DNA from: an uncultured Verrucomicrobiota bacterium
GTDB taxonomy: Bacteria > Verrucomicrobiota > Kiritimatiellia > CAIKKV01 > CAITUY01
Direction of reading: 5' to 3'
DNA length: 50,884 nt
Assembly: GCA_964458765.1 (NCBI GenBank)
Contig: CAYWKN010000002.1
Span: forward strand, 1 to 50,884
Positions 37,159-47,165 of the stretch are shown here, piece by piece. The notes beneath the pieces are model-generated. The model saw only the letters and a program-made list of their open reading frames with translations. It did not search any database and was not told the DNA's origin. A program made the translations under genes and the position numbers. Numbering within the stretch: the first letter of the stretch is position 1; each line of letters starts with the position of its first letter.

Positions 37159-38349
37159 TTACGGGCCTTTTAGATCCAGACAGACCAGACGGCCTTTGTC
37201 GTTGCGGCAATACACCAGTCCATCGCTGAGCGTCGGCATGGTCCAGCAGATGCCGTCCAACACTTTGCCCTGCCACAGTTCACGGTACTGCTCCGGCGTC
37301 GCTTCCGTGACCGCCAGAACCCCCTTCTCGCCCTGGATCAGCAGCTTGTCCCCTGCCAGCAGAAGGCTCCCGTAGGACATCCCCGCATGCTCCCACTTGA
37401 CGGAGCCAGTGGCTACTTCGATACAACGGATACTGCCCCGCCCCGTATTCCCGTGTCCGCCATAGGCGAATCCCTTTCGCAACACAGGCGTTCCGAAGTG
37501 ACTGCCCATGCTCTTGTTTTCCCAGGCCACAACAGGCGCGCCCTGTTGCATCTTCAGCAGGGCCCCGCCGCGATCATACCCGGATGTGATAAACACGTTG
37601 CCGTCCACCACAACCGGATCCGCGGCATTGACATCATAACTCGTGCTCCAGGGATACTCCCAAAGCTGGCGGCCGCTCGCCAGGTCCGACGCCACCACCT
37701 GCTTGGCCGCAAACACGATGACCGACCGGCCGGCGCCGCTGCCCGCGACCACCGGCGAGGAATAGCCGGTGTTGGCTCCGCCGGAATCCCATTTCGTCGC
37801 GCCGGTCTTCCTGTCCAGGGCCATGCCCCGCGCGCCGACGTTCAGGAGAAGCAGATCACCCTCCACCACCGGGGAGCCGGCGATGCCCCAGCCCGGCAGT
37901 TTCACGTTCAGGTCCGCCTTCAGATTCCGCTGCCACCGGCATTCGCCGGAGGCGGAATCCAGACAGAACACCTGGCCCTGGCGGCTGACGGCGTAGACCG
38001 AAGAGGAATCCGTCGCCGGCGTGCTCCGCGGTCCCGGATAGTCTCCCGCCGGGCAATCGTACGAGAACTTCCAGATTGTATTGCCCGTCCGGGCCTCCAG
38101 GCAGACCACCACATCCTTGTTGTCGCGGTTGCCCGCCGTGTACAGCTTCCCGCCCCGGATGGCCACCGCGGAATATCCGGCGCCCACCGAGCCCTCCCAC
38201 ACCATCCGGGCCGATGCCCCCTCCTTGAACCATCCGGTTTCCGCCGAGACCCCATCGCGGCCGGGGCCCCGCCATTGCGGCCAATCCGCGCCGGTCGCAA
38301 CGCCCGCCACACAACACCACATCGCCAGCTTCATGCCCAAGGATTTCAT
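37159..38349 (-). CDS. Secreted PQQ-like/BamB-like beta-propeller repeat protein
   Basis: Signal peptide MKSLGMKLAMWCCVAGVATGA, then DWPQWRGPGRDG and repeated ...G.VY.....G.v.clD..tG...W blades. It is the 3' third of ORF 37159..40329; the rest of that ORF is antisense shadow. Confidence 0.8.
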   Translation of the reverse strand: MKSLGMKLAMWCCVAGVATGADWPQWRGPGRDGVSAETGWFKEGASARMVWEGSVGAGYSAVAIRGGKLYTAGNRDNKDVVVCLEARTGNTIWKFSYDCPAGDYPGPRSTPATDSSSVYAVSRQGQVFCLDSASGECRWQRNLKADLNVKLPGWGIAGSPVVEGDLLLLNVGARGMALDRKTGATKWDSGGANTGYSSPVVAGSGAGRSVIVFAAKQVVASDLASGRQLWEYPWSTSYDVNAADPVVVDGNVFITSGYDRGGALLKMQQGAPVVAWENKSMGSHFGTPVLRKGFAYGGHGNTGRGSIRCIEVATGSVKWEHAGMSYGSLLLAGDKLLIQGEKGVLAVTEATPEQYRELWQGKVLDGICWTMPTLSDGLVYCRNDKGRLVCLDLKGP

Positions 38350-38481
38350 GGTCTTCCTTTCCATTGCCTTCCCGTGGCTATATACACCAGAATCCCGCGT
38401 TTTGAAAGGGCCGGGAAACCAACACCGCCTGTTTGCGCCTGTACAATTCCGGCATCTGTGTTGTACCCTGTTCCGCCAGCC

Positions 38482-40341
38482 ATGCAGAAGGAAGTCAAAG
38501 TTGTCTTTGAGCCTTCCGGCAGGACGGTGTATGCCCTTCCCGGAACTGTGATCCTGGAAGCCGCCGCCCGTGCCGGCCTCATCGTGCAGACACCCTGCGG
38601 CGGCGCCGGGAAGTGCGGGAAATGCCTGGTGCTCGTCCAACACGGCGAGTGTCCGGCCTCCGAGACCGACATCGCCACCCTCGGCGCCGTTCGCGTCACC
38701 GAAGGATTCCGCCTGGCCTGCCACTCGCGCATCGCCGGCCCCGTGACCCTCGAGATTCCGGACCGCTCGCTGTTCCAGTCCCAGCAGCAGATCCTGACCG
38801 CCGATTCCGGCGAAACCGTGGACATCCGCCCCCGGGTGCGGAAACTCTGCCTCCGGCTCGCCCCGCCCTCGCAGCAGGATACCCTCTCCGACGCGGAGCG
38901 TTTGCTGGCCGCGCTGCCGCCCTGCTCGATCACCCTTGAGGCCCTGCGCGCCCTGCCGGGCACCCTGCGGATTTCCGATTTTACCGTGACCTGCACCCTG
39001 GTGGAGGAGGAACTCGTGACAGTGGAGCCGGGCGACACCACCACCGCCTGTTACGGAATCGCGGTGGACATCGGCAGCACCACGCTGGTCGCCACGCTGG
39101 TCAACCTGAACACCGGCGCCGACGTGGCGGTGGCCGCGCGGGTGAACCCGCAGACATCCTTCGGGGATGATGTCATTTCCCGCATCCAGAAATGCCGGAC
39201 GGAAAAGGACGGCCTTCCCAAGCTGCAGGGATCCGTCATGGACGGCATCAACCATCTGATAGACGAACTCGAACGCAAGACCCACGTCAGCCGGAATCAT
39301 ATTTACGAGATCGTGTTCGCCGGCAACACCACCATGCAGCAGATCCTGTGCGGCATAGACCCCTCGGCGCTGGGAGAACTCCCGTTTGTTCCCGCGTTCC
39401 GGAATGCGCTGGAAACCCAGGCCGCGGAACTCCGGCTGCACCTGCCGCGGCAGGCCAGGGTTTTTGTTTTTCCGCAGATCGGCAGCTTCGTGGGCGGCGA
39501 CACGGTGGCCGGCATCATCGCCACCCGTCTCGACCGGGCCAGTGGCCCCAGCCTGCTGGTGGATATCGGCACCAATGGCGAGATTGTCCTGGCCGCCAAC
39601 GGCCGCATGCTGGCCACATCCGTGGCGGCGGGTCCCGCCTTCGAGGGGGCCCGGATCGTGAACGGCATGCGCGCCGCCCCCGGCGCCATTGAGAAGGTCC
39701 TGCTGGACGGCGATGTGCAACTGAATATCATCGGCAATGCCAAGCCGGCCGGCATTTGCGGAACCGGCCTGATAGACGCCGCCGCCGAACTTCTCCGCAC
39801 GGGGATCCTCGACACCACCGGCCGTCTCCTGGCGCCGGACGAACTCCCTGCGTCCGTGCCCGGGACCTTGCGGAACAGGTTGGTGGAGAAGGACGGCGAA
39901 ATCAACTTCCTGCTGGTGGATGCCGCCCATTCCGCCTCGCGCCAGCCCTTGTTCCTCTACCAGCGCGATATCCGCGAACTGCAACTGGCGAACGCGGCCA
40001 TCCGGGCGGGCATCAACATCCTGCTCCGCCTGGCGGGCCTTCAGCCCCCGGATCTGGAGGCTGTATTGCTGGCCGGCGCCTTTGGAAACTTCATCCGCCG
40101 CAACCACGCGCGCCGGATCGGCATGCTGCCGCCCATCCCCTGCCACCGCATCCGCTTTGTCGGCAACACCGCCTCCTTCGGGGCCAAGCGGGCGCTGTTG
40201 TCGGTGGAAGAGAAGGACTATGCGGACCGCGTGGCCCGTTCGGTGGAACACGTGGATCTGTCGCTGGATCCGGAATTCCAGATGGAGTTCAGCACGGCCA
40301 TGCTGCTTCCGGAAACGGAACCCGACCACTGCGCGGAGTAG
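38482..40341 (+). CDS. 2Fe-2S ferredoxin + ASKHA ATPase (DUF4445, RACo/corrinoid-activation-like) protein
   Basis: N-terminal plant-type ferredoxin CGGAGKCGKC...LACHS. ASKHA phosphate motifs YGIAVDIGSTTLVA and LLVDIGTNGEIVLA. Real start ATG 38482 inside ORF 37387..40341. Confidence 0.8.
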   Translation: MQKEVKVVFEPSGRTVYALPGTVILEAAARAGLIVQTPCGGAGKCGKCLVLVQHGECPASETDIATLGAVRVTEGFRLACHSRIAGPVTLEIPDRSLFQSQQQILTADSGETVDIRPRVRKLCLRLAPPSQQDTLSDAERLLAALPPCSITLEALRALPGTLRISDFTVTCTLVEEELVTVEPGDTTTACYGIAVDIGSTTLVATLVNLNTGADVAVAARVNPQTSFGDDVISRIQKCRTEKDGLPKLQGSVMDGINHLIDELERKTHVSRNHIYEIVFAGNTTMQQILCGIDPSALGELPFVPAFRNALETQAAELRLHLPRQARVFVFPQIGSFVGGDTVAGIIATRLDRASGPSLLVDIGTNGEIVLAANGRMLATSVAAGPAFEGARIVNGMRAAPGAIEKVLLDGDVQLNIIGNAKPAGICGTGLIDAAAELLRTGILDTTGRLLAPDELPASVPGTLRNRLVEKDGEINFLLVDAAHSASRQPLFLYQRDIRELQLANAAIRAGINILLRLAGLQPPDLEAVLLAGAFGNFIRRNHARRIGMLPPIPCHRIRFVGNTASFGAKRALLSVEEKDYADRVARSVEHVDLSLDPEFQMEFSTAMLLPETEPDHCAE

Positions 40342-40353
40342 AACCGCCGCCGC

Positions 40354-43300
40354 TCAGAACCATCGCTGCTGGTCCCGCTCCCGCCGCATCAGTTCGTTCT
40401 GCAGTTCGCGCGCCCGCGTATCCACGTCCTGCGTCCGTTCCGATGTCCTGAGGACCAGGTTCAGGCTGTCGCGCGCTTCCTTGAAGCGGCCGATCCGCAG
40501 TTGGGTTTCGGCCGCGTTCAGATACACCTCCAGCCAGGCATAGTCGCCCTTCTTGACATAGTCCAGGGCCTTGCGCATGTGTTCGTCGGCGGCTTTCAAG
40601 TCGCCCGTTTTCATGTACACGAGCGCCGCCGTATCGTGCAGGGCGAAATCGTCGCGGCCTCTTTCCAGGAGGCTGGGCAACAGGGCCTTGGCTTCGGCCA
40701 GCAGCCGGTCGTCCTGCGCCAGGGTGTATACCAGGTTGTTCAGGACGTTCGGATCCTTCGGGTATCGGACAGACGCCAGTTTCAGGATCCGGATGGCGCG
40801 CGCCACATCGCCTTCCCGCCGGGCCGCCTCCGCGGCGATCAGATAGGTTCTCGGACTCGCAAACTTGTCTCCCTGTTCCCGCGCAATGGCATCCTCCAGG
40901 ATCCCGACGGCGCGCTCCGTCTGCCCCTGCAGGAAGTACAATTCCCCCAGCCGCTCGCTCCAGATGCTTTCCGAGGGATACTTGGCCGCCAGGGCTTCCA
41001 GCGCCTTGGCAACATCGGGATCCCGCAAGCCCCGTTTGCCCTTGAGCGCAACGATCATCTTGTAGAACGACCACGGCTCCAGCGCCTGTTCCGCACCGTT
41101 CCGCGCGCATTGCACCGCCCACGCCTTGTCCCCCGTCTTGATGCCGCACTGGATGCCCAGGACGTAGGCGGGCAGAAGCCCCTGGCCCGTCTTGATCGCC
41201 GCCTTCGCCGCCTCGCACGCCGCGTTGGTCATGCCCTGCCGGATGAGGAAGTCCCCCGCCCTCACCAGGGTGCCCGGGGAATAGGCTCTCGCCGAAACCA
41301 CGTCCGCAATCTCCCGGCTGGCCCAGGCCGCATCCTTGCCGCTCTTCACTTCCGTGACGAGATACCCGAGCCACAGTTCGCTGTCCCAGGGACAAGCCTT
41401 CCTGGCCTTGTCCGCCAGGAGGGGATCCTTCTTCAGGATCAGGTTCAGCCGCCACGTCAGGCTCCACTCGGGCGCGTGTTCCAGCGCCCGTTCCGCCGCT
41501 TTCACCGCTTCCTCGTTGCGACCCTGCCGGAGAAGCAGGAGGGTAAGCTCCGTCAGCGCCAGACCCTTCTCCCGCGGGTCCCGCCCCGCCGACTCCCACG
41601 CGGCGAGATCGGAAACGGCTCCGCTCCCCCGGGCTTCGTACCAGCGCCGTTTGAGATCCATCAGCCGTTTCAAGTACGGCGTTGTCCGGGACGGCAACTG
41701 TTCTTTTTCACGGACATAGTCTTCGTCCAGGAGTTTTCCGCCGCGCCACTCCACCGCCCATTCCGCGGGCGCCAGAAGCTCCGTTTGCCGCGGGCGCACT
41801 CCGAGATCGCCGAGGTGTTCCACGATGGAAAGCTTTTCCCCTTCCACGATTCTCCCCGTTTCCAGGAGCAATCTCGCCTTGACCGACGGGTGCGGAGGCA
41901 CCTTCATCCCGTTCGCCAGGAAGAGAGCCTCCTCGGGGAAACCGTAGTAGTTCAGCACCCCGGCCATGGCCAGGCACCATTCCTCCGATTCCGGGAACTT
42001 GGCTCTTGCCACTTCCAGCATGCCCATGGCCAGCGGCCCGACACCGAGCGACATCCCCGCCCCCGCCATGTCCAGCCATATCGTCAGCGGCGGGAATCCC
42101 TCCAGCCGCATGTATTCGCCAAGGGTTTCGAACACCATTTCCCAGTCCTGTTTCGCCCTGAACAAGCCCGCCCGGGCCAACAGGAATTCCTTGCTCCGGC
42201 GCGGGTTGTTCTTTTCAAACGCGCGCAGCTTGGCATGGGCTTCCTCCCAGCGTCCCAACTCGCCCAGCACCTGCCCGTACAGCAACTGCAGCCGCAGATC
42301 CAGCTTGCCCGCCGCCTCCAGACGCTCCAGCGATTCCAGGCAAAGCCGCAGGCGCCGTTCATAGCCCTGCCGCGTTTCAATGCGTCCCAGTTCGTCCGCC
42401 AGCGGTATCTGCTTCCACAGGTCCTTCCACGGAGGGAAATACCGCGCGCACTGGTAGAACAGCCGGGCATCCACCACCGGTTCCCCCCCGGTCATACCGG
42501 TTCTGAGAACATTGCGGCGGAACGAGAACCACCGCCGGCCGTGTTCCGCCGGGGCGATCATCAGTATGGGATCGTCAGGCGCCTGCACCTCCATCATCCG
42601 GTACGCCAGCCAACCGATGTCCGGGCGTCCAACGGAAAAACCGGCATCCATGGCCATGGACAAATCGGCCGCGCGCCATGTGACAAGATTGGCCTTGAAT
42701 ACGGTGTCGAACCGGTCCACCCACTCGGAGTCAGGCCACTCGCGCGCCACCCGGATCAACGGCCCGAGAAAGAGCGGCTCCCGGTCCCGGCCGGCCATGG
42801 CCCTCCGCAACACGTTGGCGGCGCCGCTGATGTCATTGACCCGGAGTCTCGCCTCGGCCGCGATCACGCCCTGCACGGCCAGGGCATAGGGAAGTTCCGA
42901 ATCGCACTGCCGGATGGTCGCCCACAGGTCGCGTGCCGCCATGTAGGGGAAGAGCAAGCGGATCCGCTCCTGGGTCCCCAGTCCCCGCGCCGCCTTGACG
43001 ATGTGAAGGGCCACTTGAGAAGGTCTGTCGAGAATGGCGTTGAATTCCGCCAGCACCAGCGCAACACCGGGGAGGTCCTGCTCCCCGGGGGTAAAGGTCC
43101 GGATCAGCGCCGTGACCTCCTCCATGCGCTTGAGATTCAGCAGCAGGCGCACCTCGAGGACCCGCTCGCCGAGGAGGCGTTGCGCCAGCGGCCTGCGTCG
43201 CACGATCTTCAGCCCCTCTTCGTTCTTCCCCCTTCCGGTCAGGACCATGGCAAGGTCATAGAGCAGTTCCTCGTCTTCCGGCTTCAGGGCCAGCGCCGCC

Positions 43301-44388
43301 CGGACCGCCCGCTCGGCGTTCTCGATGTCATGCGGCATCAGCCCCTTGCAGACCCCGCGCAGCATCTCCGCCCGGTGGGCGGGCCGGAGCCGGTAGACCA
43401 CCAGCGCCGATCCGCCCAGGACCACCACAAGGGCCAGCACGGGGGCCCACCACCGGAACAGAACCCGCCAGAACGTGGGCCAGCGCCGCAGTTTCTCTTC
43501 CGGCTCGCCGACGCTGTCGCCCACCTCATCCAGTTTCTGGCGCACCCAGAACCGCCAGACCTTCTGCCGGATCAGGATGGCGTCCAGATGAATCAATCCG
43601 ACCGCCAGGAGCAGGAATACCCCCATGGAGTCATGCAGGACCTTGTCGCTCCAGAGCGCCGACCGGTCCCGGCCCAGCCACACGATGCCGGAGATGCGCA
43701 GGACATTGAGCAGGAGCACCTGCACCATGCCGATTCCCAGAAGGATGGTGACGATCCACCAGCGGAACCGCATGATCAGCCCGATACCCAGCCCGCAGAA
43801 GAACACCGTCATGGCGGTCTTCAGCCCGCTGCACTCCTCGGGAACCCCGAAGATGCGCGCTCCCGTTCGCAGAACCAGACCGTCGCCCCAAACCCGGATG
43901 TTGAAGAAATGCAGCAGCGCCTCGCTGAGTTTCACGGACACCGACTGCATCCAGAGTTGGATGGGGCCGAAAACCTGCCCGGGCAGGGGATGCACCCAGT
44001 AGATAATGAACAAGGCCAGCAGGAGATCCCGGCTGTAGCGGACCGGCAATGCCCAGGCCAGGCACGCATACAGGATCAAGAGAACACCCAGCCACTCGAA
44101 CTGGTGAACGGGCATGATCAACCCCACCACCACCAGGATGGTCCCCGCCAAAGCCAGCAGCGCCAGGATCTTTCCCGAAGGCCGGAGAGGCTTCTCCTCG
44201 ATTTTCGGCCGGAAAATGAGGACGAGCCCGAACAGCACGCCAAGCCCGAAGGACAACCCCCCGCCGGGCCCGGCGGCCAGCCTGGGCACGTTCACCCAGC
44301 ACCAGGCGGCCAGCAGCACAAAAGCGGACACCAGCACCGCCCTGCGGGAGAAGGGCATTTCTTGATTCTGTTTCGTCGCGTCCGTCAC
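40354..44388 (-). CDS. Exosortase-family transpeptidase domain fused to a ~1000-aa TPR-repeat domain
   Basis: N-terminal ~280 aa is polytopic, with FGVPEECSGLKT (Cys ~186), NVLRIS (Arg ~231) and LHDSMG (His ~252), the exosortase Cys/Arg/His pattern. The rest is continuous TPR-like helices. GTG 44388 overlaps the upstream gene stop; alternative ATG 44358. Confidence 0.8.
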   Translation of the reverse strand: MTDATKQNQEMPFSRRAVLVSAFVLLAAWCWVNVPRLAAGPGGGLSFGLGVLFGLVLIFRPKIEEKPLRPSGKILALLALAGTILVVVGLIMPVHQFEWLGVLLILYACLAWALPVRYSRDLLLALFIIYWVHPLPGQVFGPIQLWMQSVSVKLSEALLHFFNIRVWGDGLVLRTGARIFGVPEECSGLKTAMTVFFCGLGIGLIMRFRWWIVTILLGIGMVQVLLLNVLRISGIVWLGRDRSALWSDKVLHDSMGVFLLLAVGLIHLDAILIRQKVWRFWVRQKLDEVGDSVGEPEEKLRRWPTFWRVLFRWWAPVLALVVVLGGSALVVYRLRPAHRAEMLRGVCKGLMPHDIENAERAVRAALALKPEDEELLYDLAMVLTGRGKNEEGLKIVRRRPLAQRLLGERVLEVRLLLNLKRMEEVTALIRTFTPGEQDLPGVALVLAEFNAILDRPSQVALHIVKAARGLGTQERIRLLFPYMAARDLWATIRQCDSELPYALAVQGVIAAEARLRVNDISGAANVLRRAMAGRDREPLFLGPLIRVAREWPDSEWVDRFDTVFKANLVTWRAADLSMAMDAGFSVGRPDIGWLAYRMMEVQAPDDPILMIAPAEHGRRWFSFRRNVLRTGMTGGEPVVDARLFYQCARYFPPWKDLWKQIPLADELGRIETRQGYERRLRLCLESLERLEAAGKLDLRLQLLYGQVLGELGRWEEAHAKLRAFEKNNPRRSKEFLLARAGLFRAKQDWEMVFETLGEYMRLEGFPPLTIWLDMAGAGMSLGVGPLAMGMLEVARAKFPESEEWCLAMAGVLNYYGFPEEALFLANGMKVPPHPSVKARLLLETGRIVEGEKLSIVEHLGDLGVRPRQTELLAPAEWAVEWRGGKLLDEDYVREKEQLPSRTTPYLKRLMDLKRRWYEARGSGAVSDLAAWESAGRDPREKGLALTELTLLLLRQGRNEEAVKAAERALEHAPEWSLTWRLNLILKKDPLLADKARKACPWDSELWLGYLVTEVKSGKDAAWASREIADVVSARAYSPGTLVRAGDFLIRQGMTNAACEAAKAAIKTGQGLLPAYVLGIQCGIKTGDKAWAVQCARNGAEQALEPWSFYKMIVALKGKRGLRDPDVAKALEALAAKYPSESIWSERLGELYFLQGQTERAVGILEDAIAREQGDKFASPRTYLIAAEAARREGDVARAIRILKLASVRYPKDPNVLNNLVYTLAQDDRLLAEAKALLPSLLERGRDDFALHDTAALVYMKTGDLKAADEHMRKALDYVKKGDYAWLEVYLNAAETQLRIGRFKEARDSLNLVLRTSERTQDVDTRARELQNELMRRERDQQRWF

Positions 44389-45920
44389 TAGAAGTCCCTG
44401 GCATAGGTGAGCGTAACGCCCGCCATATCACGCGTGAACGCCACATCCTCGGCATCGCTGAACCGTTCAAAATGTTCGACATACGTGTTGACCGTCCAGT
44501 GCCGGGCGAGGGCATAGGCCAGACCGATGTTGCTCGCCCAGGTGTCGTAACTCTCCTGCAGCAGGCGACTGTCCACACTAACATCGCCCGGCATGGCGTC
44601 CCCATTGTCCCGCATCGTATACGCCGTGGCAAGGGTCAGGGTAAGGTATTGGGTCAACGGCCGCACCACCGTCAGTTGATTGAACCAGTCCGTATAATCG
44701 TTTGAACGATACAGACGCGCTTCCACAGCCTGGTATTCGGTCCTGAACCCAATGGACAGATCCGGATTCGCCCAGGTGATACCGTAATTGAATGCATCCA
44801 CCACTTCAAAACCGCCACTGAACCCTCCGCGCTGATTCTTGGAGTAGCCTGCCTGATGTGAAAGGCGTTCCGTCAACCGGGACAACAGCTGGATCATGCC
44901 TATGACCGTATCCGATGTGCCGTTCGTCTCCCACTGGTTTCCAGCCGTCAGTTCGGCCATGGAGTAGCCCAGCGCCAACTGCAGGGAAGTGTCCTCCGAC
45001 AAATCCGCCCCGAGAAACGCGGAGTAATCCTGCTGGAACTGATCCCCCCGACCTGCGTCGTAAAGGCGCCAGATGCCGTTGGCGCGCCCGCCGCCCACAG
45101 CCACCGGATTGATCTGCTTCTGGTAGGCCAACCCCTGGTTGTAGACGACGCTTCGTTGGATGTCGAACTCATCATCCTGGGGCAGGGTGTCCACCCGGCT
45201 CCCGGAATACGCCAGATTCTTGTCCTTGGCCATCAACCAGTCCATGTCGAGTCCCAGCATGTTCTGGAATACGGTGTACTTGTCCCCGCTGACATTATCG
45301 ACATACCCGCGCTCATCCACATAATCGGTACGATAAGAGGGGATGTCATAGATGCGGCCGCGGACAAGCGGTGTCAGTTGAAAATCAGAGGACACATTCG
45401 CGGAAACAGCCGATCCCCGGTCCCCCACGTAGGCGCTGGCCTGGCGTCCGTTGAAACTGCCCTGCCACGCGTCCTCGGACACCATGAAGGAAAACGAGCC
45501 CATCCGGGCAAAAACTGCGGGGCCGACGACATCAAACAGAAACTCATTGTCCTCTGTCCCCATAGGGAAGAACTGATAGCCCAGTGTGAAGGAAACATCG
45601 AGATCCATGTATTTGCTGATGATCAGGTAGTTCCGCAGGTTCACGCGGGCAATCAGCGGAAAATCCGATCCATCGTCAATGATCCTGCCGCGGTCATTCT
45701 GATACAGGTAACGGCTGCCTTCGCCCGAGGTAGTCACGTAGCGATACCCGGCGGAAAGACTCACAGCCACATCCGAGAAAAACGGCCCGATGCGCAGATT
45801 GGCATGGTCGGGAATCTGCCGTTCGCGGTACTCGTCGAACCGCAGCGTCTGGGCCATAGCGGCAGAGGCCGAAAGCAAGACCAGCATCGCCATCCTCGCT
45901 GTCTCTCTCATGCGTTGCAT
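44388..45920 (-). CDS. Outer-membrane beta-barrel protein (putative), exosortase-locus associated
   Basis: Signal peptide MAMLVLLSASAAMAQ, alternating-hydrophobicity strands rich in Y/G/N/D/S, C-terminal ...GVTLTYARDF (terminal aromatic). No named family recognised. Confidence 0.6.
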   Translation of the reverse strand: MQRMRETARMAMLVLLSASAAMAQTLRFDEYRERQIPDHANLRIGPFFSDVAVSLSAGYRYVTTSGEGSRYLYQNDRGRIIDDGSDFPLIARVNLRNYLIISKYMDLDVSFTLGYQFFPMGTEDNEFLFDVVGPAVFARMGSFSFMVSEDAWQGSFNGRQASAYVGDRGSAVSANVSSDFQLTPLVRGRIYDIPSYRTDYVDERGYVDNVSGDKYTVFQNMLGLDMDWLMAKDKNLAYSGSRVDTLPQDDEFDIQRSVVYNQGLAYQKQINPVAVGGGRANGIWRLYDAGRGDQFQQDYSAFLGADLSEDTSLQLALGYSMAELTAGNQWETNGTSDTVIGMIQLLSRLTERLSHQAGYSKNQRGGFSGGFEVVDAFNYGITWANPDLSIGFRTEYQAVEARLYRSNDYTDWFNQLTVVRPLTQYLTLTLATAYTMRDNGDAMPGDVSVDSRLLQESYDTWASNIGLAYALARHWTVNTYVEHFERFSDAEDVAFTRDMAGVTLTYARDF

Positions 45921-45992
45921 CCTTTCCAGTCGGGCACGCCGCCCGAGACAACACAACCACTGTCGGCGCCATGCCAACCCGCATGTCGGCCT

Positions 45993-47123
45993 TCACCCAC
46001 GACACCCGGCAAACTCTGCACGCGCTCGCTCCATCAAGGCCAGAGTTTCATGCGTCATTCGCTCCCATGTGAACTTCCGACCCCACTCCATGGCTGCCGC
46101 CCGCGTACGCGCATACAGATCCCTGTCGGACAGCAGCGCATCGATCTGGCGCGCCAAGGCCTCGACGTCGCCATGGGGAACCAGGAAACCCGTTTCCCCA
46201 TGCACTATCGACTCACGCAGCCCGGGCGAATCACTGGCCACCGCAGGTGTGCCGCAAAGATTGGCCTCCACCACTGACAATCCCCATCCTTCCTTCGGGG
46301 AGGTGTAGAGAAGCACTCCGGCCCGTTGCAGGATTTCGGTCTTTTCCCGCCCACGCTTATGTCCAACAAAAGTCACATTTTGCTCCACACCCGCTCGTCC
46401 GGCAAGCGATTTCAACGCCTCAAGATAGTCGCCGGAACCAACAATCTGGTACTCAATGGTCGGATACCTGGGTTTCAACACACGCACCGCCTCGATTCCC
46501 AACTCAATCCCCTTGTATCGCTTCAACCGCCCCAGATAGACGAGTATCGGATGGTCTGTGCGGGGCTTTTCCAGGGGTGCGTCGTACTGATCGTGGGACA
46601 GCCCGCTGTAAATCACTTCAATCTGCGCCTCCGGGATTCCACGCCTTTTCAAATCGTCTCGCGTGCCCTTGGAGAGAACGGAAAAGAAACAACGACGATA
46701 GGCCAGGGGGATGAGTCGCTCATAGGCATAGACATACGCCCCCACCGGAAACGAAGCTTCCTGGAAAACCGTGGTCCCGAATAGATGCGGAACCACGCAC
46801 AGCACAGGCACCTCCCGCTCAAACCACGGCATCAAGAACGGAAGTTTGTCAATGCCTTCAACGATGATGTCATATTGGTTCCGCCGCAGCGCCGAACGAT
46901 AGAACCAGGGAACCAAAAGGTTGAAATACGGCTGCCGCCCCCGGCGGATGAACCGAATGCCATCCATCATTTCTTCCGAAAGCGCCTGTCCATGGCCGTT
47001 GCAGAGGTAATCCACACTGTGCCCCGCGGCCGCAATACGCTTGAACACCTCCTGGAGTATCACTTCCGCACCCCCCGCCTCCGGGTGCGTGATGTCGCGG
47101 TATTCGATAACCAGTATTTTCAT
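45993..47123 (-). CDS. Glycosyltransferase family 4
   Basis: MKILVIEYRDITHPEAGGAEV... N-terminus. C-terminal ...LLYTSPKEGWGLSVVEANLCGTPAVASDSPGLRESIVHGETGFLV, an E-x7-E-type GT4 signature. Confidence 0.87.
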   Translation of the reverse strand: MKILVIEYRDITHPEAGGAEVILQEVFKRIAAAGHSVDYLCNGHGQALSEEMMDGIRFIRRGRQPYFNLLVPWFYRSALRRNQYDIIVEGIDKLPFLMPWFEREVPVLCVVPHLFGTTVFQEASFPVGAYVYAYERLIPLAYRRCFFSVLSKGTRDDLKRRGIPEAQIEVIYSGLSHDQYDAPLEKPRTDHPILVYLGRLKRYKGIELGIEAVRVLKPRYPTIEYQIVGSGDYLEALKSLAGRAGVEQNVTFVGHKRGREKTEILQRAGVLLYTSPKEGWGLSVVEANLCGTPAVASDSPGLRESIVHGETGFLVPHGDVEALARQIDALLSDRDLYARTRAAAMEWGRKFTWERMTHETLALMERARAEFAGCRG

Positions 47124-47165
47124 GATACTTCCGCCCCCCGCGCCATCCGGCGCGGCTACCCCGAG

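Noticed and set aside
38350-40329. Upstream two-thirds of ORF 37159..40329(-), and the 5' part (37387..38481) of ORF 37387..40341(+)
   Set aside because: Each long ORF is a real gene (propeller protein; RACo-like protein) extended by an open antisense frame over its neighbour. Signal-peptide and ferredoxin N-termini with nearby RBS-like sequences define the true starts at 38349 and 38482.
40501-44391. 1296-aa plus-strand ORF opposite the exosortase-TPR gene
   Set aside because: The translation is Pro/Arg/Gln/His-rich low complexity. The minus-strand product has coherent TM helices, catalytic motifs and TPR periodicity.
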